64,000 bases of DNA from Puia sp. (GTDB taxonomy: Bacteria > Bacteroidota > Bacteroidia > Chitinophagales > Chitinophagaceae). The DNA lies in assembly GCA_035545935.1 (NCBI GenBank), contig DASZXP010000227.1, positions 655 through 64,654 on the forward strand, written 5' to 3'. The notes under the pieces were generated by a model that was given only the letters and a program-made list of their open reading frames with translations, made no database searches and had not been told where the DNA came from. A program made the position numbers and the translations under genes. This document shows positions 18,219 to 27,936 of this stretch, one piece after another. Position 1 is the stretch's first letter; every line of letters starts with the position of its first letter.

Positions 18219-19559
18219 ATGCTCCGTCGATTCTACAAATCTCTTTTTATCTCCCGTCGCTGGTACTGGCTGTTCGTGTCGGTGATCCTTCTTTTTATAC
18301 TGTCCTTCGGTATCAGTCTTCTTTTTATGGTAGCGCAGCTGCTGCTGCTCTTTGTCGTGGTGACAAGCCTGTTGGATTACCTGATCCTCTTCACACGCAA
18401 GGAGCCGGTATCGGTCCAGCGGGAATTGTCCGACCGGTTCAGCAACGGAGATCAAAACCTCGTGAAACTGGTGGTGACCAATCAGTACCCTTTCCGCATC
18501 CGCTACCGGATCATCGATGAGCTACCCGATCAGTTCCAACGCAGGGACTTTCATTTGGATGGCGAGCTCAGACCGGGTGAGACGAAAGAGCTGTTCTATG
18601 AGCTGCGGCCGACACAACGCGGGGAATACCTTTTTCATGACATCAATGTATTTATCAAGAGTCCTTTTAACCTGGTGGTCCGGCGCAAGATACTGCCGTC
18701 GGAAAGGATGGTAAAGGTCCTGCCTTCCTACTTTGCCCTACGGCATTTCGAGCTGCTGGCGGCATCGAACAACCTGGCGGAGAGCGGCAGTAAAAGGATA
18801 CGCAGACAGGGACAAAGTCTGGAATTCGAACAGATAAAGGAATACGTGACAGGAGACGATATACGCAATATCAACTGGAAGGCGACAGCTCGCAAAGGCG
18901 GCCAGCTCATGGTGAATAATTACACGGATGAGAAAAGCCAGCAGATCTATTGTGTCGTCGACAAGGGGCGCGTCATGAAAATGCCCTTTGACGGCATGAG
19001 TCTTTTGGATTATGCCATCAATGCCACGCTGATCCTCTCACGGGTGGCGCTTATCAAGCAGGACAAGGCCGGGATAGTGACCTTCGGAGATCAGATAGGC
19101 ACTTTTCTTCCCGCCAGCCGCAGGGCGATGCAGATGACCAGTATCCTGGAGATACTATATAACCAGCAGACCCGGTTCCAGGAGACGGATTATGAAAAGC
19201 TGCATGCGCTGGTCCGTACCCGTATCACCCAGCGAAGCCTTATCGTGCTGTTCACAAACTTCGAATCCCTCTCCGGTCTGAGAAGAGAGCTGCCTTCCAT
19301 CCGCGCCATCGCCAGGAATCACCTGCTGCTGGTGGTGTTCTTTGAAAATACAGGCTTGCAGCAGATACGGACCGCCGGCCCTGAAGACATTGAAGGACTT
19401 TACATAAAGACCATCGCTGAAAAATTCGCGTATGAAAAAAGGCTCATTGTAAAAGAGCTGAATCAACATGGTATTTTGACCATCCTTACCGCGCCGGAGA
19501 ACCTCACCGTGCAGACGGTGAACAAATACCTGGAAATAAAGGCCCGGCAGGCCATCTGA
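18219..19559 (+). CDS. DUF58 domain protein (MoxR-associated, vWA-like)
   Basis: EFEQIKEYVTGDDIRNINWKATAR and VVDKGRVM motifs; N-terminal TM segments. Confidence 0.92.
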   Translation: MLRRFYKSLFISRRWYWLFVSVILLFILSFGISLLFMVAQLLLLFVVVTSLLDYLILFTRKEPVSVQRELSDRFSNGDQNLVKLVVTNQYPFRIRYRIIDELPDQFQRRDFHLDGELRPGETKELFYELRPTQRGEYLFHDINVFIKSPFNLVVRRKILPSERMVKVLPSYFALRHFELLAASNNLAESGSKRIRRQGQSLEFEQIKEYVTGDDIRNINWKATARKGGQLMVNNYTDEKSQQIYCVVDKGRVMKMPFDGMSLLDYAINATLILSRVALIKQDKAGIVTFGDQIGTFLPASRRAMQMTSILEILYNQQTRFQETDYEKLHALVRTRITQRSLIVLFTNFESLSGLRRELPSIRAIARNHLLLVVFFENTGLQQIRTAGPEDIEGLYIKTIAEKFAYEKRLIVKELNQHGILTILTAPENLTVQTVNKYLEIKARQAI

Positions 19560-19577
19560 TCCCTACCGGGAGAGTTG

Positions 19578-19585
19578 TACCTTTG
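19578..19585 (+). promoter_or_regulatory. -7 element (TACCTTTG) 5 nt before the truB ATG
   Basis: Exact TAnnTTTG match. Confidence 0.65.
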
Positions 19586-19590
19586 CGCCG

Positions 19591-20298
19591 ATGCAACAGA
19601 ACCATACGGATAACAACCCTTTTGCGGAAGGACAGGCGCTTCTGATCGACAAGCCCCTGGACTGGACCTCTTTCGATGTAGTGCGGAAAATAAGAGGCAT
19701 GGTGAAGATAAAAAAGGTGGGTCATGCCGGCACGCTGGACCCTCTGGCCACGGGGCTGCTCATCGTCTGCACGGGAAAATATACAAAAAGGATCAACGAA
19801 TACATGGCCCAGGAGAAGGAGTATACCGGCAGCATTACCCTGGGCGCCACCACTCCTACATTCGACCTGGAGAGCGAGCCGGAGAACTTTTCAGACCATT
19901 CTTTTATCACCATGGAATTATTGCAACAGGCCGTAAGCCAGCTCACCGGTCCCATCAAGCAGGTGCCACCCATCCATTCCGCCATCAAAAAGGATGGACA
20001 GCGGGTATATGAGCTGGCCAGGAAGGGTAGGGAAGTAAAGCTGGACCCGCGTCCCGTGACGATCCATGTCTTCGAGATCACGGATGTTAGTTTGCCCGTG
20101 GTAAGGTTCCGGGTGGTATGTTCAACGGGTACCTATATTCGCAGTCTCGCCAATGACCTGGGAGCCATCCTGGGCTGCGGAGGATATCTCAGCAGTCTCC
20201 GCCGGACACGTATAGGAAATTTCCCGATCGAAGAGGCGATGACGATGGAGGAGGCAGGAAAATATATAAAGGACAGCCTCCTCAGAATGGATAATTGA
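19591..20298 (+). CDS. truB: tRNA pseudouridine(55) synthase
   Basis: IDKPLDWTSFDVV, KVGHAGTLDPLATG and CSTGTYIRSLA motifs. Confidence 0.97.
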   Translation: MQQNHTDNNPFAEGQALLIDKPLDWTSFDVVRKIRGMVKIKKVGHAGTLDPLATGLLIVCTGKYTKRINEYMAQEKEYTGSITLGATTPTFDLESEPENFSDHSFITMELLQQAVSQLTGPIKQVPPIHSAIKKDGQRVYELARKGREVKLDPRPVTIHVFEITDVSLPVVRFRVVCSTGTYIRSLANDLGAILGCGGYLSSLRRTRIGNFPIEEAMTMEEAGKYIKDSLLRMDN

Positions 20299-22639
20299 TG
20301 CCCAGCTGGAACTGACCGTCACCAAGCCGCATTTTGTAGAACCACTTGTCCGCATTTTCCAGACGCTGGGGGTCTCTCAGCTTGTACGCCCAGTCAAATC
20401 GGATAAGGAAATAGTCGAAATCCAGCCGTAAGCCGGTACCGGCATCCACGGCAAATTCCTTATAAAATCTGTTGAGCTGGAAATCGCTGCCCATATCCCG
20501 TTTGGGATTGGCCGTATCCGTGAGCTGACGGTTCCAAATATTACCCGCATCCGCGAACAGGGCGCTTTTTATCTTGACGGTAAATAGGGTCGCCAGCGGG
20601 AATCTGTATTCGATGTTGCCCTCCAGCTGGATATCGCCAAACCTGTCCAATTGCTTGGGTTGTGTTGTATAAAAAGTGGAGGAACCCAATCCCAGCTGCC
20701 GGATCTGCCAGCCCCGCATACTATTGGGGCCGCCGGCAAAGAATGCCTTATAAAAAGGCAGCGTCTCCTCATAGCCCTGACCGGCCCTGCCATAGGCGAT
20801 GCCTCCTCCCGCATAGGCGCGCATGGCCAGCTCCGTACGTTTGAAGTCGATGTGATGACTGTACTCTACCTCGCCTTTTACAAAGCGCCAGAGATCCCCT
20901 TTATCCAGCGCCGATATGGTCCCCAGCAAGGCGCCGCTCTCTTCCGCACTGATGCGGAGGAAATTAGTATGGATGCCTTTTTTCCTGACGGAACTGTAGA
21001 CGAACTGCATCCCTACTACCAGCCCGCTGCGGAAGGCCAGGTTCAGCGAGGGGAAGCTGTCCAGCAGCTTTTGAAAGCTGTCTGTCTTGAACAGCTTGGT
21101 ATATTCGACATTGATCAGATTGAAGAGATAGGAGCGATTGCCTTTTGTCCACTGATACCCCCAGGAGGTATTGATGGATTGGGCGGTAAAGAACTGTCTT
21201 CTGTCCGTATAGGAGGCGTTCACATTAAGCACGGAGCGAAGGCTGTCCAGCCGTCCTTCCCTGCGGACCAGCCACCGTTTGATGAACTCGGGCGCGATCA
21301 GCCGGGGAACGGAAATAGTATGGGCGATGCTGGCCTGGGTGGTCTGTATAAAGTCATCTCCCAACTCTACCCCTGCCCGCAGATTGGTAGTGGAAAGTAC
21401 AGACTGGCGAAAGGTATTCCGGTTCTGCAGGGCGAAGTTGACGCCAACCCCGAAAAGATTGCCCACCGTTATGATATCGGCCGTGTTGCGGCTGGCTTCT
21501 ACGCCTACCTGCAGATGTTGTTTCTTGTTGGGATAAAGACGCACGGCGGCATCCAATAAGGAATCCGATGTGCCGGAAGGAGTAAAGCTGATGGCTGCCT
21601 GCTGCCAGGCGCTCATCTGGCTGAATCGGTTGAAGGTCCTGTCGGCATTGGACTGCCGGTACAGACGTCCCGGACGCAGATATACATTGTTGGCGATAAA
21701 GGAGGGCTTGAACTTGTCCGAACGGGAAATAATGGTAAGTCCCCTGGCCGTGGTAGTATCGGCGCCGTTGATCGTGGCCGTATCCTCCAGCATCTGCAGG
21801 TCGGGATATACCGTCACATTCCCGATGTAATATGGACGGAGGTGACCGGAATCCTTGGGGGGACGCTGTTCCATGACGACATTGATCGTAGGGTTCTCTC
21901 TTTTTTTCTGAAGCTTTTCCAGGAGGGCGGCCTGTTCGAAGGGGTCCAGGGTCGGATCGATGAGGGCGGCTGCCACCGTATCGATGACGGCAACAATGTC
22001 ATCCTTGGTGAATTCGTAATAACCGTTCTCATGAAAGAGGGTGACCAGCCTGTCCCGCTCGTCCGAGATAAGCCTGTTCGAATACGGCTGCCCTTTTTTG
22101 AGGAAGGACTGTCCTTTTGTTTGCAGGGCCAGCGCCTGCAGGGCCGGCGTATGCAGGTCGAAGCCTACGGAGTCCAGCCGCAGCTGTTTGCCTGGCCATA
22201 CCGTGAAATCGACCGTCACCCGATATTGGTCCTTGATGTGGTTCTTTTTACGGATGGTATCGATGCGGACCGTATCCTTTATCACCGGCGTATAATAACC
22301 CGAAGCGTTCAGCAGGATGACCATGAAGTTGATGCTGCGCCGCATATTGTTCGAATCATAGGCCGGGGGATTGACGATCCTGGTATAAACGCCGGCTATG
22401 GAGGTTTCCTGCGTACGCAGGCTGTCGTCCAGCTGATTCGCCAGGCGTAACGCCAGGTCTTTTTTTTCGCCATGGGAGATATTCCCTTCTACTTTTATAT
22501 TTGTATGAAAAACGAAGGGCTTTCCATACTGGTAGCCCGAGACATGATGGAATCCGGAACAGGACCACAGAAAAAGAGAAGCCGCCGAAGCAATCAATAG
22601 GTGAAGGAGAGAAATACTAACTTGCCGGCGGTATCCCAT
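20282..22639 (-). CDS. Omp85/BamA-TamA family outer-membrane protein with lipobox (TamL-like)
   Basis: FLWSC lipobox, POTRA-like N-terminus, FFAGGPNSMRGW, G.RLDFDYFLIRFD and a terminal GINYPF. The track start at 22654 is TTG; ATG at 22639 preferred. Confidence 0.85.
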   Translation of the reverse strand: MGYRRQVSISLLHLLIASAASLFLWSCSGFHHVSGYQYGKPFVFHTNIKVEGNISHGEKKDLALRLANQLDDSLRTQETSIAGVYTRIVNPPAYDSNNMRRSINFMVILLNASGYYTPVIKDTVRIDTIRKKNHIKDQYRVTVDFTVWPGKQLRLDSVGFDLHTPALQALALQTKGQSFLKKGQPYSNRLISDERDRLVTLFHENGYYEFTKDDIVAVIDTVAAALIDPTLDPFEQAALLEKLQKKRENPTINVVMEQRPPKDSGHLRPYYIGNVTVYPDLQMLEDTATINGADTTTARGLTIISRSDKFKPSFIANNVYLRPGRLYRQSNADRTFNRFSQMSAWQQAAISFTPSGTSDSLLDAAVRLYPNKKQHLQVGVEASRNTADIITVGNLFGVGVNFALQNRNTFRQSVLSTTNLRAGVELGDDFIQTTQASIAHTISVPRLIAPEFIKRWLVRREGRLDSLRSVLNVNASYTDRRQFFTAQSINTSWGYQWTKGNRSYLFNLINVEYTKLFKTDSFQKLLDSFPSLNLAFRSGLVVGMQFVYSSVRKKGIHTNFLRISAEESGALLGTISALDKGDLWRFVKGEVEYSHHIDFKRTELAMRAYAGGGIAYGRAGQGYEETLPFYKAFFAGGPNSMRGWQIRQLGLGSSTFYTTQPKQLDRFGDIQLEGNIEYRFPLATLFTVKIKSALFADAGNIWNRQLTDTANPKRDMGSDFQLNRFYKEFAVDAGTGLRLDFDYFLIRFDWAYKLRDPQRLENADKWFYKMRLGDGQFQLGINYPF

Positions 22640-22693
22640 AAAGAAATTAAACAAACCCGATAGGGGTCAACTTTTGTATAATAACGAAAAGCA

Positions 22694-23422
22694 ATGCTTG
22701 CAAAATCGCAGGTCAAATATATTCAAAGTTTAGGCCAGAAAAAATTTCGTGATCAGGAAGGGGCTTTTGTCGTGGAAGGCCCGAAGATGGTCAGGGAGCT
22801 GCTGGCCGCTCCCAACCTGGAGCTGATACACCTCATCGGGGACGCTTCTTTCCGGCAGACAGGTATCCCTTTTACGGAGGTAAAGGACGGCGAGCTGGAA
22901 CGGATCTCTTCCTTGTCGACACCCAACCAGGTGCTGGCCGTATTCAAAAAACCCGTCTTTGCCGAGCCGCGGTTCGACGACGGTATAAGTCTTGTTCTGG
23001 ATGGTATCCAGGACCCCGGGAACCTTGGCACCATAGTCCGGATCGCCGACTGGTTTGGCGTCTCCAGAGTAATATGCACTCCCGACAGCGCCGATATCTT
23101 CAACCCCAAGGCCACCCAATCCACCATGGGCAGCATCACCCGTGTACAGGTGCTATATAAGGACCCTATGGCATTGATGGCCCGTCATCCGGACCTGCCT
23201 GTTTATACCGCTGTACTGGAAGGAAAAAGCATTTATGAGCAGCCCGCCGTCCGGAAAGGGTGGATCGTCATCGGCAATGAATCGAAAGGCATCCGGGATG
23301 AGCTATTGCAACGGGCTACCCATCCTATCACCATACCCAGGATCGGGCGGGCCGAATCGTTGAATGCGGCGGTGGCGACAGGCATCATTCTGTCGCACTT
23401 AGTGGGGCAGGACGTCACCTGA
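22694..23422 (+). CDS. TrmH/SpoU family RNA 2'-O-methyltransferase
   Basis: SPOUT motifs LDGIQDPGNLGTIVR, IGNESKGI and ESLNAAVA. Confidence 0.93.
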   Translation: MLAKSQVKYIQSLGQKKFRDQEGAFVVEGPKMVRELLAAPNLELIHLIGDASFRQTGIPFTEVKDGELERISSLSTPNQVLAVFKKPVFAEPRFDDGISLVLDGIQDPGNLGTIVRIADWFGVSRVICTPDSADIFNPKATQSTMGSITRVQVLYKDPMALMARHPDLPVYTAVLEGKSIYEQPAVRKGWIVIGNESKGIRDELLQRATHPITIPRIGRAESLNAAVATGIILSHLVGQDVT

Positions 23423-24644
23423 ATTGAATGGCCCTGGCCGGCTGCATCTTTCGGACCACCAGCGTGGGGATCATCAGTATGAGGAAGCTGACGAGAAAGG
23501 TGCCTCCATTCACCACAACAAAATGCCACCACTCCAGTCTGCCGATCGCCTTGGAGATAAAATAAGCTTCTTCCGGCAGGGTGATAAAACCGTATCTGTC
23601 CTGGAGCCAATAGAGCAGCAATGCAAACGCGTTGCCGATGACCATGCCGAAGAGCGTAATGATCGCCCCCTGGTAGAGGAAGATCCTTTGCACCGAGGCG
23701 GTAGGGGCTCCAACGGCTTTCAGGATGCCGATCATACGGGTACGTTCCAGCACCAGGATGATCAGACAGGTGACAAGGTTCAACGTGGCGATCACCGTCA
23801 TGATGATCAGCACGATGAGGATGGTGACATCCTGCAGGTTCAGCCAGTCGAAGATATTGGGCGTGATATCCGTAAGGGTGCGGCTGCTCCAGGCGACAGG
23901 CAGCTCGTCATAAAGCCTGGAGCTCACCGTATCGGCCTTTTCATAATCCTTGACAAACACCTCGTACCCGCTGATCTCATCAGGAGCCCAATTGTTCAAT
24001 CGTTGTATCAGCTTGAGGTCCCCGATGGCGACCAGCTTGTCATAATCTTCGATGCCTATCTTGAAGATGCCCGCTACCGTCAGCTGTCGCACCCGTGGGG
24101 AACCCTGTGGCTGGATAAAATAGATGAGGACCTTATCGCCAACTTTTAGCTTCAGCTGGTCGGCCATATAAGAAGAGATATTGATCTCGCTGCTATAGCC
24201 GCTGTCGGGCCAGCTGATCCAGCGACCGCTTTTCAGAAAGCCCTCCATATTGCTGAAATCGTACCCCTTTTGCACGCCCTTCAGCAGTATTCCCTGGATG
24301 CCTTCGCTGCTGCGAAGGACGGCGTTTTTGATGGCGTATGCGCCGATGCTTTTTATATCCTTGTCGGCGCGCAGGATGCGATATACCGTATCGTTTTCCG
24401 TGACAGGCAGCTCTTCGGAAATGATAGCCCGGTTGGGCGCGGCATATTGGACGCGGATATGTCCCCACAGGCTGAATACCTTTTGTCCCACCGTATACTG
24501 AAACCCTTTGGTAAATGCAAACGTCAGCAACATGGCTGCTATGCTGATAGCTGTAGCCGTTATCGCCAGCCGGATGATAAACCTGGAAAATGATCGTTCC
24601 CGGTTGAAGGCCACACGCCGGGCGATAAATGCTGCTACATTCAA
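23415..24644 (-). CDS. FtsX/MacB-like ABC permease (LolC/E-like)
   Basis: N-terminal TM helix, periplasmic domain and C-terminal ILVLERTRMIGILKAVGA plus TM helices. Confidence 0.85.
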   Translation of the reverse strand: MNVAAFIARRVAFNRERSFSRFIIRLAITATAISIAAMLLTFAFTKGFQYTVGQKVFSLWGHIRVQYAAPNRAIISEELPVTENDTVYRILRADKDIKSIGAYAIKNAVLRSSEGIQGILLKGVQKGYDFSNMEGFLKSGRWISWPDSGYSSEINISSYMADQLKLKVGDKVLIYFIQPQGSPRVRQLTVAGIFKIGIEDYDKLVAIGDLKLIQRLNNWAPDEISGYEVFVKDYEKADTVSSRLYDELPVAWSSRTLTDITPNIFDWLNLQDVTILIVLIIMTVIATLNLVTCLIILVLERTRMIGILKAVGAPTASVQRIFLYQGAIITLFGMVIGNAFALLLYWLQDRYGFITLPEEAYFISKAIGRLEWWHFVVVNGGTFLVSFLILMIPTLVVRKMQPARAIQFR

Positions 24645-24721
24645 ACCTATTTCGATTTAAAGGCATAAAACTATAAAAGTGTTTCCATTTTTGTACTACA
24701 TTGTCAAGCAATTCTTTTCCC

Positions 24722-25999
24722 ATGAAGTTCCTTTTGTTGTTTTTTGCCGCCGGCATGACCTTCCTGCCGACATCCGCCCAGGCGCCGGACTCCGTCTACG
24801 CTCCGAATATCCGAACGCCACAGCTATACAAGGCCGGCAACCAGCTGGCCTATCCGATCCTCCGGCTGCATGGCAACGATCAGCTGGAGCTGCATTTCGA
24901 CGATGTGGATGGAGACGTAAAGAATTATTATTATACCTATCAATTATGCAATGTCGACTGGACCCCGGCAGTCGTCAGCGAATTCGACTATATCCGGGGC
25001 TTTTCACAGGTGCGGATCGCCAGCTATCAGGTATCTTCGGTGGCGCTGACCCATTATACGCATTACCAGGCTGTCCTGCCCGACCAAAGCTGTCTGCCCA
25101 TCCACTCGGGCAACTATCTGCTCAAGGTCTTTCTGGACGCGGACACTTCCAAGCTCGTCTTCACCCGCCGCATGCTGATAGTGGACAGCAAGATCACCAT
25201 CGGGGCGCAGATCTTACAACCGCTGAACCCCGATATCGCGCATACCCATCAACGCCTTATCTTCAAGGCAAACGCCACGGCCCTGAACCCCAATAATCCC
25301 CTGGATCAGATCAAGGTCGTGATATTGCAAAATCATCGCTGGGACAATGCCATCCGGGATATCAAACCCACTTTTTATGTGAACAATGATCTGGATTACA
25401 GCAGTGCGTCCGATGACATCGTATTCCCCGGCGGCAGCGAGTGGCGCTGGCTGGACCTGCAAAGCTTCCGCTATCAAAGTGACAGGGTACAGAATGCCGT
25501 CTATGGCAAGACGTCCACCGAAATATTCGTACGTCCGGACGGGGACAGGAGCCGTCAGCCGTATTTGTTTTATAAGGATTATAACGGCCTTTATTTTATA
25601 CAGACCACAGAAAGCATCAGCCCATTTTTCCAAACGGACTATGCCACCGTACACTTCAATTTCACACCGCCGGACCATTCTCCCTGGCCCGACAAGGATG
25701 TATACCTGCTGGCTAAATTTACAGGCGGTGGTCTCAACGACAGCACCCGGATGGTATTCAACGCCGAGAAAGGCAGGTACGAGCTGTCTTTTCCAATGAA
25801 ACAAGGATACTACAGCTATGCTTATGTGACGGTGGACAGGAACGATCCCGACCGAAAACCTTCGTTTGAATTCACGGAAGGCAACCACATCGAGACGGAG
25901 AACGGGTATACGATACTCATGTATTACAGGGCGCTGGGAGCAAGGGCCGATGAACTGGTGGGGATCACGAATGTCAGCAGCCTCAATACTTTCCGGTAA
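24722..25999 (+). CDS. DUF5103 protein (type IX secretion plug-like)
   Basis: Signal peptide MKFLLLFFAAG..., LELHFDD..YYYTY.LCN.DW, SGNYLLKV and EGNH.ETEN.Y; family assigned from memory. Confidence 0.8.
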   Translation: MKFLLLFFAAGMTFLPTSAQAPDSVYAPNIRTPQLYKAGNQLAYPILRLHGNDQLELHFDDVDGDVKNYYYTYQLCNVDWTPAVVSEFDYIRGFSQVRIASYQVSSVALTHYTHYQAVLPDQSCLPIHSGNYLLKVFLDADTSKLVFTRRMLIVDSKITIGAQILQPLNPDIAHTHQRLIFKANATALNPNNPLDQIKVVILQNHRWDNAIRDIKPTFYVNNDLDYSSASDDIVFPGGSEWRWLDLQSFRYQSDRVQNAVYGKTSTEIFVRPDGDRSRQPYLFYKDYNGLYFIQTTESISPFFQTDYATVHFNFTPPDHSPWPDKDVYLLAKFTGGGLNDSTRMVFNAEKGRYELSFPMKQGYYSYAYVTVDRNDPDRKPSFEFTEGNHIETENGYTILMYYRALGARADELVGITNVSSLNTFR

Positions 26000-26039
26000 A
26001 AAATAAAAAAAATTCAGTGGGCGTTACCCGTTTAATATG

Positions 26040-26047
26040 TATCTTTG
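26040..26047 (+). promoter_or_regulatory. -7 element (TATCTTTG) of the SRP RNA gene
   Basis: Exact TAnnTTTG match 5 nt before the RNA 5' stem. Confidence 0.8.
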
Positions 26048-26052
26048 TGCCC

Positions 26053-26147
26053 GGCAAGTCTTATACGACCAGCTCCCGCTGAACCCCCCCAGGGCCGGAA
26101 GGCAGCAAGGGTAAGTGGTCGCAGCGGTGCGATGTAAGTAACTTGCC
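26053..26147 (+). ncRNA. ffs: Signal recognition particle RNA (4.5S, small type)
   Basis: Terminal stem GGCAAGT/ACTTGCC and conserved helix 8 CAGGGCC-GGAA-GGCAGCA. Promoter directly upstream and a T tract directly downstream. Confidence 0.93.
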
Positions 26148-26211
26148 TTTTTTTATTGACGAACCCCCGGTTTGTCGGCCAATACTCCCGAAAAAGATAA
26201 ATTTTAAAACA

Positions 26212-26865
26212 ATGAAATTTTTCATTGATACTGCCGACCTGGCACAAATCAAAGAAGCAAATGATCTAGGCATTTTAGATGGGGTAACCACCAATCCTTC
26301 CCTGATGGCGAAGGTGGGCATCAAGGGCGAAGCCGCCGTTACCAACCATTACAAGACGATCGCAGAACTGGTAGACGGAGATGTAAGCGCGGAAGTGGTA
26401 TCTACTGAATTCAAGGACATCGTCGAAGAAGGAAAGAAACTGGCTGCCATCCACCCCAACATCGTAGTAAAGGTGCCCATGATCAAGGAAGGTATCAAAG
26501 CATTGAAATGGTTTTCCGACAATGGCATCAAGACCAACTGTACGCTGGTATTCTCCGCGGGCCAGGCCATCCTTGCGGCCAAGGCAGGCGCCAACTATGT
26601 ATCTCCTTTCATCGGTCGCATCGACGACAGCAACTGGGACGGTGTAGAGCTTATCGCACAGATCGCGCAGATCTATGCTGTGCAGGGCTATGAGACAGAG
26701 ATCCTGGCAGCCAGCATCCGCAGCCCTTTACATATCGTAAAATGCGCCGAGGCCGGAGCCGACGTAGTCACTTCTCCGTTGGAGCCGATCCTGGGATTGC
26801 TGAAGCATCCCCTGACGGACATCGGACTGGCCAAGTTCCTGGCCGATGCAAAGGCGTTCAAATAA
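26212..26865 (+). CDS. fsa: Transaldolase / fructose-6-phosphate aldolase family
   Basis: Start MKFFIDTA (track start 26143 overlaps the SRP RNA); GVTTNPSL, VVKVP and YVSPFIGR motifs. Confidence 0.93.
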   Translation: MKFFIDTADLAQIKEANDLGILDGVTTNPSLMAKVGIKGEAAVTNHYKTIAELVDGDVSAEVVSTEFKDIVEEGKKLAAIHPNIVVKVPMIKEGIKALKWFSDNGIKTNCTLVFSAGQAILAAKAGANYVSPFIGRIDDSNWDGVELIAQIAQIYAVQGYETEILAASIRSPLHIVKCAEAGADVVTSPLEPILGLLKHPLTDIGLAKFLADAKAFK

Positions 26866-26873
26866 TCAAATAA

Positions 26874-27722
26874 CTACGCCGGACGGGCCAACGGCCCGTC
26901 GGCTGGAACCGAAGGTCTCCGGACATAAGATTTATTGTGCAGGCTATGGGTGCCCGACGATGAGGCGCTTATAGCCTGTAATGTTATATCCCTCCCCAAA
27001 TCTACGACCTCTCCGATAATGATGATGGATGGATGCGTCAGCTGATGCTCCGATGCCATGGACGGCAGCTCTTCGACGGCGCCCCGCACCATTTTTTCTT
27101 CCGGCAAAGAAGCATAATGGATAATAGCCGCCGGCGTATGGCTCATTCCTTCTTCCCGATAGATAGCCGCTATTTCCTTTAGCTTTTTCATACCCATATA
27201 GACCACGATCGTGGCCTTGCTTTTCATGGCAAGCCGCAGGTCGTTGGATAGTTCTCCGTCCTTCTTTGTTCCCGTAATGACCCAGATGCTTTCGCTGAGG
27301 TGACGATGGGTGAGGGGGATGGCCGAAAGCCCTGCCGCCTGCATGCTGCTGATACCGGGGATATAGGATACGGCAATGCCCTGCTGACGGGCAAACAGCG
27401 CTTCTTCAAAGCCCCGCCCAAAGATAAAGGGATCGCCTCCTTTTAGCCGGACGACCCGGCCGGCGCTAAAGGCCTTTTCTTTTATCAACGCATGGATGGT
27501 CTCCTGGGGCGTATAATCTCCATAGGGCAGCTTGCCTACATATATTTTCTCGCAGGACGGAGAAGCCCAGTCCAAAAGAGCGGTATTGCACAGATTGTCA
27601 TACAGGATCACGGGCGCCTCCTGCAGGACCCTGCAGGCCTTAAGCGTGATAAGCTCGGGATCGCCCGGACCGGCGCCAACCAATACCAGTTCCGGAGGAC
27701 TATGCTGCGAAATTACGTACAT
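26874..27722 (-). CDS. cobA: Uroporphyrinogen-III C-methyltransferase (siroheme synthesis)
   Basis: LVGAGPGDPELIT, VVRLKGGDPFIFGRG.EE and IPLTHR motifs. Confidence 0.93.
   Translation of the reverse strand: MYVISQHSPPELVLVGAGPGDPELITLKACRVLQEAPVILYDNLCNTALLDWASPSCEKIYVGKLPYGDYTPQETIHALIKEKAFSAGRVVRLKGGDPFIFGRGFEEALFARQQGIAVSYIPGISSMQAAGLSAIPLTHRHLSESIWVITGTKKDGELSNDLRLAMKSKATIVVYMGMKKLKEIAAIYREEGMSHTPAAIIHYASLPEEKMVRGAVEELPSMASEHQLTHPSIIIIGEVVDLGRDITLQAISASSSGTHSLHNKSYVRRPSVPADGPLARPA
26883..26925. repeat. REP-like hairpin with GAA mini-hairpin and CGGACAT tail
   Basis: ACGGGCC-AAC-GGCCCGT...ACC-GAA-GGT...CCGGACAT, inside the 3' tail of cobA. Confidence 0.7.
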
Positions 27723-27780
27723 ATAATATATTTATATTTGACTTTAACGTACAAGTTAGATAAAAATATTTGCTTTGGCG

Positions 27781-27788
27781 CAAATCTA
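27781..27788 (-). promoter_or_regulatory. -7 element (TAGATTTG) for cobA
   Basis: Exact TAnnTTTG match in the AT-rich divergent region. Confidence 0.5.
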
Positions 27789-27936
27789 TGTGATATAAAT
27801 AATGTTTTTAATGAAAAAAATCATTATACTTGTGTAAGTATATTATATGTAAATATATATAATATATAGAAATGACTGCTAACGTTTGCCTGCCATCATT
27901 CCGGGCCAGTCGCCCGGTTCCCTTAAAAATTAGATT

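Noticed and set aside
27720-27870. AT-rich blocks (also 33700-33860) as foreign DNA
   Set aside because: They are short, confined to divergent promoter regions and flanked by genes with host-like composition; regulatory DNA is the simpler explanation.
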